A stretch of DNA of 64,000 nt, taken from sequence record MT710307.1; one strand, written 5' to 3'. Shown piece after piece: positions 44,857-55,834 of this stretch; within the stretch, counting starts at the first letter, position 1; each line of letters opens with the position of its first letter. The translations under genes and the position numbers were made by a program. The notes under the pieces are model-generated. The model ran no database searches. It was not told the origin of the DNA and saw only the letters and a program-made list of their open reading frames with translations.

Positions 44857-46635
44857 TTAAAACCCTTGTGCGTATTCCTCAGCAGGTTCACTGTTGGCCA
44901 CACGACGGTTAAACGCATCCAACACATCATCCTTATCTGGTAACAGAAAGAAGGTGTTGGCGATGTCCATGGCATTCACACGTCCAGCAGTCAGGTTCAC
45001 ACCGGTACGACGACGGACTTCCTCAGACACCCCATTGATGAACAGCAGTTCAAAGATGGTGGTCTCGCGAGACTGGTTCATCATGTTGGTCGCTGATGGA
45101 TAAGCCTGTGTCAAGTCCGCATCCGCTGTCTGACCACGGAACGCAGAATAGAACTGTGGCAGCTCCTTCAAGACGTCCAATCCGTTTTCGGCGTTCATAC
45201 ACGCCGTTAACGTGACAATCCAACCGTCTGTCCCGATAACCTCCTCATCGTAGTTGTTACGCATCTCTGCACCCACACTGCCCGCCACGTAGCCTTGGGC
45301 TAACAGGTAATAGGTGAAGGCGATACAGATACGCTTCGGTAACGACGGGAAGATGTCGTACATCGAGTAACCGGCCAAAATCGTTATCGCTGAGGAGAGG
45401 TCGTTGGTTTTCTTATCCAACAAAACAATCATCAGGTTATCGAAAATGTTATAGACACAATACTCCAGCGGGAACTCTCGTTGGGCTTTTAAGTGCCAAT
45501 CCAGTTTCTCTTCGTACGGCAATCCCGGTATGTCAAGTTTGTTCAGGCCCAGCTCCGAATCCAGAATCGCATTCAGTTTATAGCTGGGGCGCTGACCCTC
45601 ATGCACACGCAGGGAGCGGAACAACACCATGGCATCCACGCAGAAGAACGACGCCATACAGTACAGGACGTGCCACTGCTGACTCGGGGCTTTGGTAAGC
45701 GACTTGGACTCCGTCTTCTTCGACGCCAAGTCTTTCTTGAACCACACCTTGCGGTACTGCCTTGGTACATCCGGGTGACAGAACACATCTTCCGGCTCGA
45801 TACAACCACGCTCTAACGCTTCCATCATACGGGTGATATCGAACTCGTGGTTCCATGCCACTAACAGGTCAGGCAGACGTGGGTGAATCTCTTCAAACAT
45901 ACGGACGATACATTGTGCCGAGTCTAAGCACTCGTAAGTGAAGATTTTGTAATCGGCAATGACGTTCTTCACCTTGACTTCGGTTTCGCCCGTCTTTTTA
46001 TTTTTTTCTCTGAACTCAATCTTGCTCAGCAGTTCCTGTGCTTTGGCAACCAGACGGTTATCCCAGTTCTTACCGATACGGGCTACGTAATCCTTCGTGC
46101 AGAACATGTGAATTTCATCGTCCAGTACAAAGGACATGATCCACGGGTCACGCGACTTGTCTTCTTCGCGTGTTTCTACGTCGTAGACACAGATGCGGTT
46201 CGGGGTGGTGCAGTCTTTGTACTTCGCCATGTACTTCTGTTTAATCCAGCTGGTGACCGGTAAGTCTGCCAGATAAACAAACGGGCTAGTACAGACCTGA
46301 CGAAGACGCTTCTTCGGATCAGGGAAACGGGCACCCAGACCCATTTGCAATGTCTTGGCCATTAACGCATCGGTCGTCAGCAATTCCTGACAACGCGACT
46401 TCAATTCGAACTCTTTCTTTTCCTTGTGATTACGGTACGGCTCTTGCGTCACGTACACCGGACGCTTCACATTTTCACGCAGCTGAATACGCGGAATAAG
46501 CCGTCCATCCTTAGTATGGATGACCTCTTTAATGAGGACTAAGTCGTTTTCTCCGCTGTCGTCAGTGGCATAAGCGACGTGCTTACACTCCTTCGCTATG
46601 ACGTCATCGGGGCTGAAATACATGTTGGTTTCCAT
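44857..46635 (-). CDS. family-B DNA polymerase, exonuclease/N-terminal subunit (phiKZ gp82-like)
   Basis: ExoI YDVET, ExoII AWNHEFD, ExoIII YNIFD, and motif A DADLTQAYPS. Confidence 0.88.
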   Translation of the reverse strand: METNMYFSPDDVIAKECKHVAYATDDSGENDLVLIKEVIHTKDGRLIPRIQLRENVKRPVYVTQEPYRNHKEKKEFELKSRCQELLTTDALMAKTLQMGLGARFPDPKKRLRQVCTSPFVYLADLPVTSWIKQKYMAKYKDCTTPNRICVYDVETREEDKSRDPWIMSFVLDDEIHMFCTKDYVARIGKNWDNRLVAKAQELLSKIEFREKNKKTGETEVKVKNVIADYKIFTYECLDSAQCIVRMFEEIHPRLPDLLVAWNHEFDITRMMEALERGCIEPEDVFCHPDVPRQYRKVWFKKDLASKKTESKSLTKAPSQQWHVLYCMASFFCVDAMVLFRSLRVHEGQRPSYKLNAILDSELGLNKLDIPGLPYEEKLDWHLKAQREFPLEYCVYNIFDNLMIVLLDKKTNDLSSAITILAGYSMYDIFPSLPKRICIAFTYYLLAQGYVAGSVGAEMRNNYDEEVIGTDGWIVTLTACMNAENGLDVLKELPQFYSAFRGQTADADLTQAYPSATNMMNQSRETTIFELLFINGVSEEVRRRTGVNLTAGRVNAMDIANTFFLLPDKDDVLDAFNRRVANSEPAEEYAQGF

Positions 46636-46707
46636 CGGTTCTCTCTCATCGATCCGCCTCTATATTGATCGGTGGTGACGTAAAAACTTTTTAAAGGAAC
46701 GTCTGAT

Positions 46708-48066
46708 ATGGGCTACTGGTCTAAGCACGCACAGAGCGTGAAAGAACTCAAGCGTGTTGCCGCTGAGTCAATTAAGTTTCAAGATAAGAAAAAACTGGCA
46801 TCACTCGCCGATATCGTTGCTAAGTTCCAGGCTGCGGGGGATTTCTCCGTGGCTGCATACGACACCTCCGGTATCAAAGAGTGGATTCAGAAAAACCACG
46901 GCATTGGCGTCGTCTTCACAAACGGGGCTGAATTGGGGCTGGAGTCTGAACTGTTTGCGGCCATTCAACCGCCCCAGATTGATTCGAACAACCCTATCGT
47001 GGCGCAGTTCCACCGCGTGGTGTATCAGGGTAATAAAGACCTTGACCTGTACAGTAAGTTCATCAAAGACAATGAACTGAACGGCGAGTTTGATGACAAC
47101 AACGCCGTGCTGAAAGGCGACCTGTCGAAAATCACCTCACCGCTGTACGTGACCCCGCCCATCTTCAATGGCCGTGCTGAACTGACTGCGTACGAAATCG
47201 CCGCGATCATTCTGCACGAAGTGGGCCATGTCTACTACTACCTGCGTACCCTGATGCGTGGCGTGGTGGTGAACCTGTTGGCGGATGCTGCGGCAAACCG
47301 CATGATGGAGATGGATTCACCGCAAGAGAAATTGCGCGTAGTCAAAGACGTTGAACGTATCCTCGATACGAAAATCAATCAGCCGGAGACTATCTGTGAC
47401 TCGTTCAAGAAAGAAAACATCTACATGCACCTTGTTACGCAGACTCTCCTTGAACGCCCGAACATCACCGGCGGTAAAGGGTTTGGTAACCGTAGCTGGG
47501 AACGTGCTGCCGATGACTTCTCTGCCCGCATGGGTGCTGCACCTTACCTTGCGTCCGCGCTCTACAAGATGGAAATGAGTCAGTGGTGGATTCTGCGTCA
47601 TAACTCGTACACCAACATCTATACGCACCTGTTTGGCGAACTGCTCAACATGTCGATTCTGATTGTCGGTGCAACTACACCATTCGGTATTGTGTATGCC
47701 TCGGTGATGGTGGCGTTCGGGTTAATCATCAACGACCCGGTAAACACCATTTACGATCCGCCGCAGGAACGCTTCGAAACGCTGCGCCGCAATCTGGTCG
47801 AGGAACTGAACGTCCTCAAAGGGTTGAACACCAAAGTGGCGAACGAACAGCGCCAGCGTTGTTTGGACGGAATTGCCGGGCTTGACCAGATTCTGAAGAC
47901 GGTCAAGGATAAAGATAACATCTATGCCTTCATCATGAAAACCCTGACGCCTGCGGGCCGTAAGGAACGCGCCGCGGTAGACTACCAGCGCACCCTCGAA
48001 GGCTACATGTCCAATGACCTGCGTGTTGCCTCTGCAAAGATGTCTCAGCTGGCCAACGCTAAATAA
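46708..48066 (+). CDS. virion protein with an M48-like zinc peptidase signature
   Basis: ILHEVGH, then WERAADDFSARMG...LASALYK, then a hydrophobic segment; AAE-S site near the N-terminus. Confidence 0.65.
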   Translation: MGYWSKHAQSVKELKRVAAESIKFQDKKKLASLADIVAKFQAAGDFSVAAYDTSGIKEWIQKNHGIGVVFTNGAELGLESELFAAIQPPQIDSNNPIVAQFHRVVYQGNKDLDLYSKFIKDNELNGEFDDNNAVLKGDLSKITSPLYVTPPIFNGRAELTAYEIAAIILHEVGHVYYYLRTLMRGVVVNLLADAAANRMMEMDSPQEKLRVVKDVERILDTKINQPETICDSFKKENIYMHLVTQTLLERPNITGGKGFGNRSWERAADDFSARMGAAPYLASALYKMEMSQWWILRHNSYTNIYTHLFGELLNMSILIVGATTPFGIVYASVMVAFGLIINDPVNTIYDPPQERFETLRRNLVEELNVLKGLNTKVANEQRQRCLDGIAGLDQILKTVKDKDNIYAFIMKTLTPAGRKERAAVDYQRTLEGYMSNDLRVASAKMSQLANAK

Positions 48067-48090
48067 CTTGATTACTGACAAGGTAAAACC

Positions 48091-48531
48091 ATGACGCATA
48101 AACTTTCTCTGAATTCCCTCGTGCTCGACTTCAAACGCGACAACGAAGGGAAAGGTGTGCAGGGCTCACAGGCACTTACCGCACTGGTGGCCTTCACGCT
48201 GGCTTACTCCGTCCGTCTGCCGGACAACGGCGCATACGGCTCTACAGAAGCCGCACAGGCGTTCCTCGTGCCTATCATGAAGAACATCGTCTCGGATGTG
48301 AACGAGCTGTACTGCGTTGACCTCGGTACTGTGCTGGACTTGACCTCTGCGCTGTACTGCAACCGCTACGACAACGTCTGGGGTGGTCGCCGTGCACTGG
48401 ATGCGTTCTCACCGAAGGCCGTCATTGACGAAGCGTACGGTGTGGATTGCTACCCGACCGTTCAACTGTGGGCTGAGCGTTTCTTCGAAACCGTTGGCTT
48501 CTACATCAGCGAAACAACTCAGAAGGCGTAA
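48091..48531 (+). CDS. hypothetical, probably virion protein
   Basis: 146 aa within the head-protein operon, AAGGT RBS. Confidence 0.75.
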   Translation: MTHKLSLNSLVLDFKRDNEGKGVQGSQALTALVAFTLAYSVRLPDNGAYGSTEAAQAFLVPIMKNIVSDVNELYCVDLGTVLDLTSALYCNRYDNVWGGRRALDAFSPKAVIDEAYGVDCYPTVQLWAERFFETVGFYISETTQKA

Positions 48532-48534
48532 ACC

Positions 48535-50292
48535 ATGACCAGCATGACCGAAGTAGGTGGGCTGGTCTCTACCGCCCCACAGTGGCGTCTCGGTGAAATG
48601 GGCAACCTGCTCCAAGAGCACATGAACCACAAGATTAGCAGCCTCGACCAGTTAAACTTGTACATGCAGCGTAACGACGCTGACTTGCTCTACGGTAGCC
48701 GTATCCTTGCGCAGGTGGAAGCCATTCTGGATGATGTCCGCCGTCACGGGATTTCACGCGACCTTGCGGTTGCCGTGGAGTCTACCCGTCCGGGCACCAT
48801 TCCTAAGAACGTGCAGAAAATCCTGACTTCCAACTACACCGGTACCCATCAACAGGAAACGGTTGCGGCGCTGGAGTCGTGGAAAGAAGCCGGTCGCATG
48901 GGCCTCATTATTCTGGTACTGACCGCCATCCTGAAAATCATCAGCTGGATTGTGGAGTCGGGCAAAGGGTATAAAGGTAACACCAACCCGAAAACGGCCG
49001 CCGACAAAGTCGAGGAATACAAAACCAAGACTGACGAGAAGTGGCAGGCTGCCGCCGAAGCGCCCCCTCCGGCTCCGAAATCCGTTAAACCGGATGACTG
49101 GAAGCGGGAGTACGAGTCGCTGGCAGATACCCTGTCCTGTGCGTCTGTCAAAGCCGCGTACCTCGACGCCACCAAAGAGCTGTCCAGTCGTAGCCTGTCA
49201 CAACTGACGGCAGCTGCACTGCGTTACGATGCGTTGATTAAGAACGCCAGCGCAGGTGACTACATCGATACGGTAACCGCAGTCTCTGGCCGTAACCCAA
49301 TCGTACCTCTGCTGAAAGACGTGGCATCGGGTGAGAAAGGGGCTGGGTCTGTTGGCGGTCTGGTTGCTGAACTGCTGCGCATGAACGTATCCGAAGGTAT
49401 CTTCACACCGCAGGCTGCGGCGAAGGCATACTCGATGCTGCCAAAAGGCATGCACGAAGCAGGCGTTCGTATTCCTAACGAATCTGTCTTCCGCATGATG
49501 GCTAACCGTGCGCCAGAACTGAACAGCTTCTTCCAGGCTGCCGGTAAAGGCTTTGATGCGCTGTCGTCGATGATGTCGCAGAAGCACGAGCAGAACAAGT
49601 GGAACGACGACGACCTGCACAAGCCGGGAACGGAATTCGCCCACGCGATGCGCTACCTTAACGACTACCTCGCTACCGTGATTCCGGTCGTGAAAGGCGG
49701 GAAGTTCACTGCGGAAACCTCCCCGACAATTGCTGTGGTTGGCACACTGTCTGGCGGTGGCTTAATCGGTTACGACGAGCCTACGGAATTCCTCGGTAAC
49801 ACGGTGTTGGTGTGCGCGCAGTACGGTGCCTACCTGAACAGCAGCTTCCTCTCTTCCTACACAGAACGTCGTGGGTTGAACGATGACGAAGCAGGCGGTG
49901 TCTTGCAGGCATTGGTGGTCATGGCCAACGGCCTGTCAACGAACAGTGGCGTCACAAACTTCAACGCGTACAGCAAGATGGAAGGTGAGGTGAAAACCCT
50001 TATCGACCGTATTCAGTCGTGGGAGAAGTCCATGTCTCGCAGCCGTGAAGGCGCACATGCGTTGCAGGTGATTGGTGCAGGTCTGCTCAGCGTGATGATG
50101 GAAGAACGTTCTGATAGCCTGAACATGGGCCGTGAACTGTCAGCAGATTACAAAGACCAAGGCTCCGGTGATTTCTGGATGGGTCTGCGTAAGAACCTGA
50201 ACTACATCCGTCGTATCTGCATGGGTACGGTTGGGATGCAGAACATCATCAGTAAGAGCCAGAACAACCCGTTCATCAAAGGCAAAAATTAA
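48535..50292 (+). CDS. internal head/ejection protein with AxE cleavage sites and a hydrophobic helix
   Basis: AVE-S and ALE-SW sites followed by MGLIILVLTAILKIISWIV. Confidence 0.65.
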   Translation: MTSMTEVGGLVSTAPQWRLGEMGNLLQEHMNHKISSLDQLNLYMQRNDADLLYGSRILAQVEAILDDVRRHGISRDLAVAVESTRPGTIPKNVQKILTSNYTGTHQQETVAALESWKEAGRMGLIILVLTAILKIISWIVESGKGYKGNTNPKTAADKVEEYKTKTDEKWQAAAEAPPPAPKSVKPDDWKREYESLADTLSCASVKAAYLDATKELSSRSLSQLTAAALRYDALIKNASAGDYIDTVTAVSGRNPIVPLLKDVASGEKGAGSVGGLVAELLRMNVSEGIFTPQAAAKAYSMLPKGMHEAGVRIPNESVFRMMANRAPELNSFFQAAGKGFDALSSMMSQKHEQNKWNDDDLHKPGTEFAHAMRYLNDYLATVIPVVKGGKFTAETSPTIAVVGTLSGGGLIGYDEPTEFLGNTVLVCAQYGAYLNSSFLSSYTERRGLNDDEAGGVLQALVVMANGLSTNSGVTNFNAYSKMEGEVKTLIDRIQSWEKSMSRSREGAHALQVIGAGLLSVMMEERSDSLNMGRELSADYKDQGSGDFWMGLRKNLNYIRRICMGTVGMQNIISKSQNNPFIKGKN

Positions 50293-50337
50293 AATAAAAG
50301 ACCTACTCTCCTTCGGGAGAGTAGGCTTTCTTTTTTT
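50293..50337. terminator. bidirectional terminator
   Basis: CCTACTCTCC-TTCG-GGAGAGTAGG with flanking A- and T-tracts. Confidence 0.85.
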
Positions 50338-53284
50338 ATACCGGCGCAGTATCGTGACGGTTGTAGCTCGCAACGATGTCGTCTTTCAGACCGACACGGC
50401 CGTTAGCTTCAATCACCAACTTCTTACCGACAGTGACCTGTGTGGCATCGGACATGACCGTAAACAGACGCATGTCTTGGTCAGGCCCCATTCCACCCAC
50501 TACCACACCCAAGATGGTGTCTTTCAACGCATCTTGCAGGGCTTCACCCAACGCCACCGCAGACACGGTGCTGTTGTTAATCAGGTACTGACTGATAACC
50601 TCAGAGGTCTTCTTCTGAATGGCTTTAATCAAGTCCGCATTCTGACGGTTCACCGCAGTCAGGTAATAGCTTACCGTGAACTGTTGCTCAGCCGGGATTG
50701 GTGTAATGGCACCGTTCTCCGTACGGGCATCGATGTACCCCATGGTGGTGATAGGCACGAAGTAGGCATCTGTACGCTCCAACAGCAGTGGAGTCAGTTG
50801 CGGCATGTTCACCGTGATTTGATTGATCATGTAATCAACCACTGATTGACGGTACGCCACCACTTCATCGCTGTCTGCAAACAGATAACGGGCATCAAAG
50901 ACCGCCATCTCGTTACGGAACCGGATGCTGCGTGGGCGGTCAATCACGGAGTTACCGTCACTGTCCTTCACCAGTGTCCCTTTCTCGTGCAACACTTCCT
51001 GCACCCCGTTATCGTCAAGCACCGGGTCACCTTTACGGTGCAGGTACGTTAACTGTAACGGCGGGGTTTTGGTTGCGTCATACGTGTACTCAGGCACACC
51101 ACGCTCGTTCGTCTTCACCACATCCGCCTCGTAGAACTTCAGCACATCGGCTTCGTAATACTTGTAGTTGATGCTGTCGGTGATAGGACGGGCTTTACGC
51201 CAGTACGCAGTTAAGGCTTTACCCAGTTCGATTTTGAAAATCTCATGGGTGATACCAATCGCATCACGAGACGGGGCCACAATCAGGGTGTCCATGTTTG
51301 CCCGTTCGTAGTTCTTCGGATAGTACCCTGTGCAGCCGTAGAAGATGTTGAAGTCTTCAGTCAGACTAACTGGGATATTCACCGTTGACGACGACGTGGT
51401 ACGGGTGTTGGTGACAATCATCTCATCGTTACGGTCAACGTCAAGGTTGGTCTCCAACAGGAACTCCCACACACGCTCACTGCCCTGCTTACCAACGAGT
51501 GTGCCCTGAACCCATGCGAGGCTTTCAGAGTTACGCGGCTGGAAGGAAAGCTGGGCGAACACCTGGCCGTCGTCCAGTGCTTGGTACGGTGATTCTGACT
51601 TGGTCACCGTACGCAGGACATAACCTTGGTCGGTCATCAGAATCTGATAGTCGGCCGTGACCACACTCAGTTCGGTTGTGATGTTGGTGCTGATGAAACG
51701 CTTCGACACGAGGCTCGGACGGTCAAGCTGGTAAATACGCACGTCGATGGAGTTGTTGTTGATGTCCAGCACGTAATGGAATGGCGTGAAGAGATACGAA
51801 CCACCGTTCCCCGCATTCACCAAATCCTCTTTACGCATGGTCTTCAACAGTTCCGTCATCGTGGTTTCCACCGACAACGTGCTACCGTCAAACTTGTACA
51901 GTGTATTCGGCAGTACGGTCATACGGTTATCATTGATACGCACGGTCGAGAGATTCGACAACTCATCCCAACTGAAGTACAGCGCTGACGTCACCGAACC
52001 AATCGGCGAGCTGACGTTCTTCAGGGTGGACACCGGTAACGGAGCTGACATCAGATACGTACGACTGGTAACATAGTCGATGGCGTTCTGAAGCGTCAGG
52101 TTGAAGTCAGCCGCCACGGCGGTCAGTTGCTTCTCCGTAATCGGTGCTTGACGTAAGCCCACGGCGTTGTTCACCACACGGTCACGCAGTTCCGTAAACG
52201 GCAGTTCTGCACGTCCGCCAGACGTCACACCCACACCGCTCTCTGCCACTATCTGGAAGATAGAGAAGTTACGCAGGGGGTTCACGTAGGACGCATCGTA
52301 TTCCCCGTTCAGGTCACGGAAGTCCCATGAGAACTGGTCAGTGGCATAGCTGGACAAATCCACGCTCAGCACACCCATGGTGGTGTAGACATCCATACGC
52401 ACTTCTCCCGATACCAGACCGGTGGTCAGGTAAATAGAAGGAATGGTACAGCGGATGTTCTGGCCCACAACCTGAATGACCGCAGTGGCCACGTTCGGGT
52501 CATACACGTCACGGCTGTGCGTGTGCGGAATCTCCACCCAACCGGTACCGGCAGCATCACGTTGCCAGACACGGGCGTAGAAGAAGCTGTTGGTGAAGCT
52601 GCGGATGATTTGCAGTTCGTTCGTCCCGACGGTGGTGTCGGTGTGGCTCTTGACATCGTACTGCTTCACCGGAATCTTGATACGCAACAGAATCGAGTTA
52701 GTGGATGGGGAAGAACCCAAATCCCATTCGAGGGCGTTGGTAGAGACCGGAGCAATCGGTGATTGTGTCTCGGTAATCCACAACACTTCGAAGGCCGGGT
52801 TGTCCGGTGTCCCGTAAGGCAACACACGAATCTCAATCGGGTATTGAATCGAGAAGGTGTAGCCGGACACTTTGAAGACGGTATCGCGTGGGATAACCAG
52901 TTTGCGCACACCGGCGTAAACCAGCGGCATGGCTTTGCTCAGTAACGAGTCCACGTCGATAATCAACTGGAGTTCGGCACCCGACGGTTGGGAGAACACA
53001 TCGACGTAATCCACATCCGACATATGGCGGAAGAGGTCGTCCATGGTCTGGGCCTGAGACGGGTATGTTTTCGGTACCGTTGCCCGACACCCTTCAATCG
53101 CAGTGTGTGCCAACATCACCCCGGCTTCGGCTAAGAAGACCACGGGGTCAGTTGGGCTGCGGAGGGTAATGGAGGCGGCGTTGTCGCTGACGTTTTGGAG
53201 CTGCTTTAATAACAGCGTCTGCATCGCGGCGGGGTTATGCGCCAACAGCAACATATTCGATGCCAGCTTATCATAAGTGTCCAT
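50336..53284 (-). CDS. large baseplate (wedge-like) structural protein (phiKZ gp87-like)
   Basis: 982 aa, beta-rich; TSGGRAELPFTELRDRV resembles baseplate-J/gp6 motifs; syntenic. Confidence 0.7.
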   Translation of the reverse strand: MDTYDKLASNMLLLAHNPAAMQTLLLKQLQNVSDNAASITLRSPTDPVVFLAEAGVMLAHTAIEGCRATVPKTYPSQAQTMDDLFRHMSDVDYVDVFSQPSGAELQLIIDVDSLLSKAMPLVYAGVRKLVIPRDTVFKVSGYTFSIQYPIEIRVLPYGTPDNPAFEVLWITETQSPIAPVSTNALEWDLGSSPSTNSILLRIKIPVKQYDVKSHTDTTVGTNELQIIRSFTNSFFYARVWQRDAAGTGWVEIPHTHSRDVYDPNVATAVIQVVGQNIRCTIPSIYLTTGLVSGEVRMDVYTTMGVLSVDLSSYATDQFSWDFRDLNGEYDASYVNPLRNFSIFQIVAESGVGVTSGGRAELPFTELRDRVVNNAVGLRQAPITEKQLTAVAADFNLTLQNAIDYVTSRTYLMSAPLPVSTLKNVSSPIGSVTSALYFSWDELSNLSTVRINDNRMTVLPNTLYKFDGSTLSVETTMTELLKTMRKEDLVNAGNGGSYLFTPFHYVLDINNNSIDVRIYQLDRPSLVSKRFISTNITTELSVVTADYQILMTDQGYVLRTVTKSESPYQALDDGQVFAQLSFQPRNSESLAWVQGTLVGKQGSERVWEFLLETNLDVDRNDEMIVTNTRTTSSSTVNIPVSLTEDFNIFYGCTGYYPKNYERANMDTLIVAPSRDAIGITHEIFKIELGKALTAYWRKARPITDSINYKYYEADVLKFYEADVVKTNERGVPEYTYDATKTPPLQLTYLHRKGDPVLDDNGVQEVLHEKGTLVKDSDGNSVIDRPRSIRFRNEMAVFDARYLFADSDEVVAYRQSVVDYMINQITVNMPQLTPLLLERTDAYFVPITTMGYIDARTENGAITPIPAEQQFTVSYYLTAVNRQNADLIKAIQKKTSEVISQYLINNSTVSAVALGEALQDALKDTILGVVVGGMGPDQDMRLFTVMSDATQVTVGKKLVIEANGRVGLKDDIVASYNRHDTAPV

Positions 53285-54552
53285 CAGATGAGACCTGCCC
53301 TTTTCAGAATGCGTTGGTAATCAGATTGGTACACCCACCACGTCAGTTTCCGGCGCACCGGGTCGATGTGAGGGTAACCGTAATAGTTGAACAGCGGGAG
53401 GAACTGCGGAATGACCTGCACCAACTGGTCGCGTGCTGTCGGTACGAAGTTACCGGTTTGCAGGCTCTCTGGGGTCGGTGACATATCCGGGTTAAAGTAA
53501 GACACGGTGGCGTTAAACATCTCCATGTAGAGCGGGTCGTCGTAACGTGCCCCGATACATTGCCACTGCAACGTGATGTTGGTGTCATCGTTGCTCATCG
53601 GCTTGGAGTTGTCTACCTGTGCCTGTTGTCCGGCGTTGTTGTTCATTGGCCATGCCACGCAGGCTGTCCAGAAGCGGGTGATGTTCCCCATGGGGTCGTA
53701 CTTCATCCCGTACATGCGCGTTTGGTAATCGATACGGCGTTGAATCGAGTTACGAATCTTCGGCATGAACTGGCCACGACGCACCCCAGACATGTACTCC
53801 AGCCACACACTGGCCATGCGCATAATCGCATTACCGTACGGGTTGGTTAAAGTCGAGGACATGGTGTAGCCGTAGTTCACAAGGTTCGTGGAATCGACCA
53901 TCCCCCACTGCTCACGCAACAGCCCTTCGTCCGACATCCAGTTATCCACGGACTCATCCGGCATCCCCGACAGGCTAATCAGCTGCGTGGAAAGCAATGG
54001 TATGAAAGCCTGTAAATTATCGAAGGGGATATCGGGCAGGAACGGGGTTCCCAACCGGTTCTTTCGTAATCCCCTTGCGGTAAGCGGCGAGTCGGAAAAC
54101 CCCAGTTCGAAATCAGGGTCGAGGGCTGCCAGAATCGAATAGTCGAGAGACGACTTCGGCTGCATTGCCATGTTTGACATGCGGCGTGAATTCGAAATGT
54201 TGTCGTAGCTAAGGTTAAAATCCGGTCGGGTAAAGAAGGTCATCCCCCCGTATTCCCGGTTCACCGGCACGGGGTTGTTGGCCATCATATGGTTGAACCC
54301 CATCAAGGGGTTGGTCATACGCTGCGCAGCGATACCTAGACCGACTGACAAGCGAATGCGGTCTGCCCACACGGATAACTCATCATCGAAACTCTTCTTT
54401 TGAGTGGGAGCTGTCGATGAAGAACGACCGTCAATGTAACCCGCTAACGAGGGAACGGCATCGGAATTGTTCGGGTTTGGGACGGTATAGTCGATATCCG
54501 TATTAGGGTCGTAACCGGGATCTGTATTCTTCTTTTCAGTCTCGTCACTCAT
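53284..54552 (-). CDS. baseplate/tail-tube-like structural protein (phiKZ gp88-like)
   Basis: 422 aa; FFTRPDFNLS, tube-like ACVAWP...ITLQWQC; coupled to the next gene. Confidence 0.65.
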   Translation of the reverse strand: MSDETEKKNTDPGYDPNTDIDYTVPNPNNSDAVPSLAGYIDGRSSSTAPTQKKSFDDELSVWADRIRLSVGLGIAAQRMTNPLMGFNHMMANNPVPVNREYGGMTFFTRPDFNLSYDNISNSRRMSNMAMQPKSSLDYSILAALDPDFELGFSDSPLTARGLRKNRLGTPFLPDIPFDNLQAFIPLLSTQLISLSGMPDESVDNWMSDEGLLREQWGMVDSTNLVNYGYTMSSTLTNPYGNAIMRMASVWLEYMSGVRRGQFMPKIRNSIQRRIDYQTRMYGMKYDPMGNITRFWTACVAWPMNNNAGQQAQVDNSKPMSNDDTNITLQWQCIGARYDDPLYMEMFNATVSYFNPDMSPTPESLQTGNFVPTARDQLVQVIPQFLPLFNYYGYPHIDPVRRKLTWWVYQSDYQRILKRAGLI

Positions 54553-54581
54553 GAAATTTTTACTCCGGAGTAAAGTATAAA

Positions 54582-55823
54582 ATGGCAGAAAAAACTGTTG
54601 AGACGAGTGTCATCTCGTTTCTCTCTAAATTCCCAGACCTGTTTCGGCAGCGTGCCGACTCGCTGGAAGAGTTCAACCAGATTCTGTATAACGAATACAC
54701 TACGCTTGTTGAACAGTCGCTGTTAGGCGTTGATTACCTGCCGGGCATTCTGGATAAGTTGCAGATACTGCTGGCCGCTAACCAATTAACTGCCATCTCC
54801 CTGCTGATTGGCGTGCCTGAGGTGGATGTTATTGGAACGCTGGACAAAATCTCCACGCGCCGTAACAGCCTCGATGCCGCCGCCCGCAGCGGTTCCCGTC
54901 TGGCCACAATGGCTATCGGCGAACGCCGGGGTCGCTTTGGTTTACCGTCATACGATAGCCTCGCCATCGCGGTGGGTGAATCGAGCCGTCGCGGTAGCCG
55001 TCCGATGAACCAGAACAACCAGTTCAACGGTAACTCTGACATCACCAACAACGTCGACAACAGCCGTACTGAGAACTTTAACTCGACCACCAACAACTAC
55101 GACAGCAAAGCGGGTAAAGTGGCCTCTACGCTGCCGTCCAACTTCATGAAGCAGATGATGGAGCAGGAAGGTCTGGCGGGTGGTAAAGTCTTCAGCGCGA
55201 CCTTTGAACGTAACGGGAACAAAACCGAAGTGCCGATGCGTCTGCGCCTCGATGTGAAATCTGTACCAACCGACGGTATGGAGACCCTGATTGCGTTTGC
55301 CTCCGAACAGAAAGACTTCTGGGAGCGTTACATCCGTCTGCAACACAAAGGCGATCGTAACGGGGGTTGGCTGGATAAACTGGCGGCTGCAAAAGACCTC
55401 GCGTTCTCTAACGACCTGATGGAAGAGTACCGTAAGAATCGCTACCGCGATAAGACGGGCTACTACACCAAGATGATGGAGAAGCGCAACGGTAACTGGC
55501 TGTCTGGCCTGCTGACTCTGTCGCCGTCTATCAACAACGCCTCTGGTGTGATGGTGGTGTCTCAGGAAACCATCGACGGTCTGGAAGCACAGCTCGGCGG
55601 TAGCTTCGAAGACTTCAACGTGCGTCAGCGCGTGTTCCAGGATACCCTGACCGTTTACTACGTCGTGGTTGATACAACGTGGAACCGTGTGACCATCTAC
55701 ACCCGTGGCCTGAACGGCTCGCAGGAACTGGATAAGTCTGACTTCTCCAAATCGAAATCTGGTGCGGCTGATGTGAACAAAATCATCGAAGCCTACCGCT
55801 CTGGCGCACAGCCGGTTCTTTAA
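54582..55823 (+). CDS. head/inner-body structural protein (phiKZ gp89-like)
   Basis: 413 aa, GGAG RBS; syntenic before the gp90-like and inner-body genes. Confidence 0.65.
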   Translation: MAEKTVETSVISFLSKFPDLFRQRADSLEEFNQILYNEYTTLVEQSLLGVDYLPGILDKLQILLAANQLTAISLLIGVPEVDVIGTLDKISTRRNSLDAAARSGSRLATMAIGERRGRFGLPSYDSLAIAVGESSRRGSRPMNQNNQFNGNSDITNNVDNSRTENFNSTTNNYDSKAGKVASTLPSNFMKQMMEQEGLAGGKVFSATFERNGNKTEVPMRLRLDVKSVPTDGMETLIAFASEQKDFWERYIRLQHKGDRNGGWLDKLAAAKDLAFSNDLMEEYRKNRYRDKTGYYTKMMEKRNGNWLSGLLTLSPSINNASGVMVVSQETIDGLEAQLGGSFEDFNVRQRVFQDTLTVYYVVVDTTWNRVTIYTRGLNGSQELDKSDFSKSKSGAADVNKIIEAYRSGAQPVL

Positions 55824-55834
55824 GGGGTTTAGCA

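Noticed and set aside
14701-46635. DNA polymerase split into two distant genes on opposite strands as a novelty
   Set aside because: This is an established feature of phiKZ-like phages.
50231-50845. 204-aa plus-strand ORF spanning a terminator
   Set aside because: It crosses a bidirectional terminator and lies antisense to the baseplate gene.
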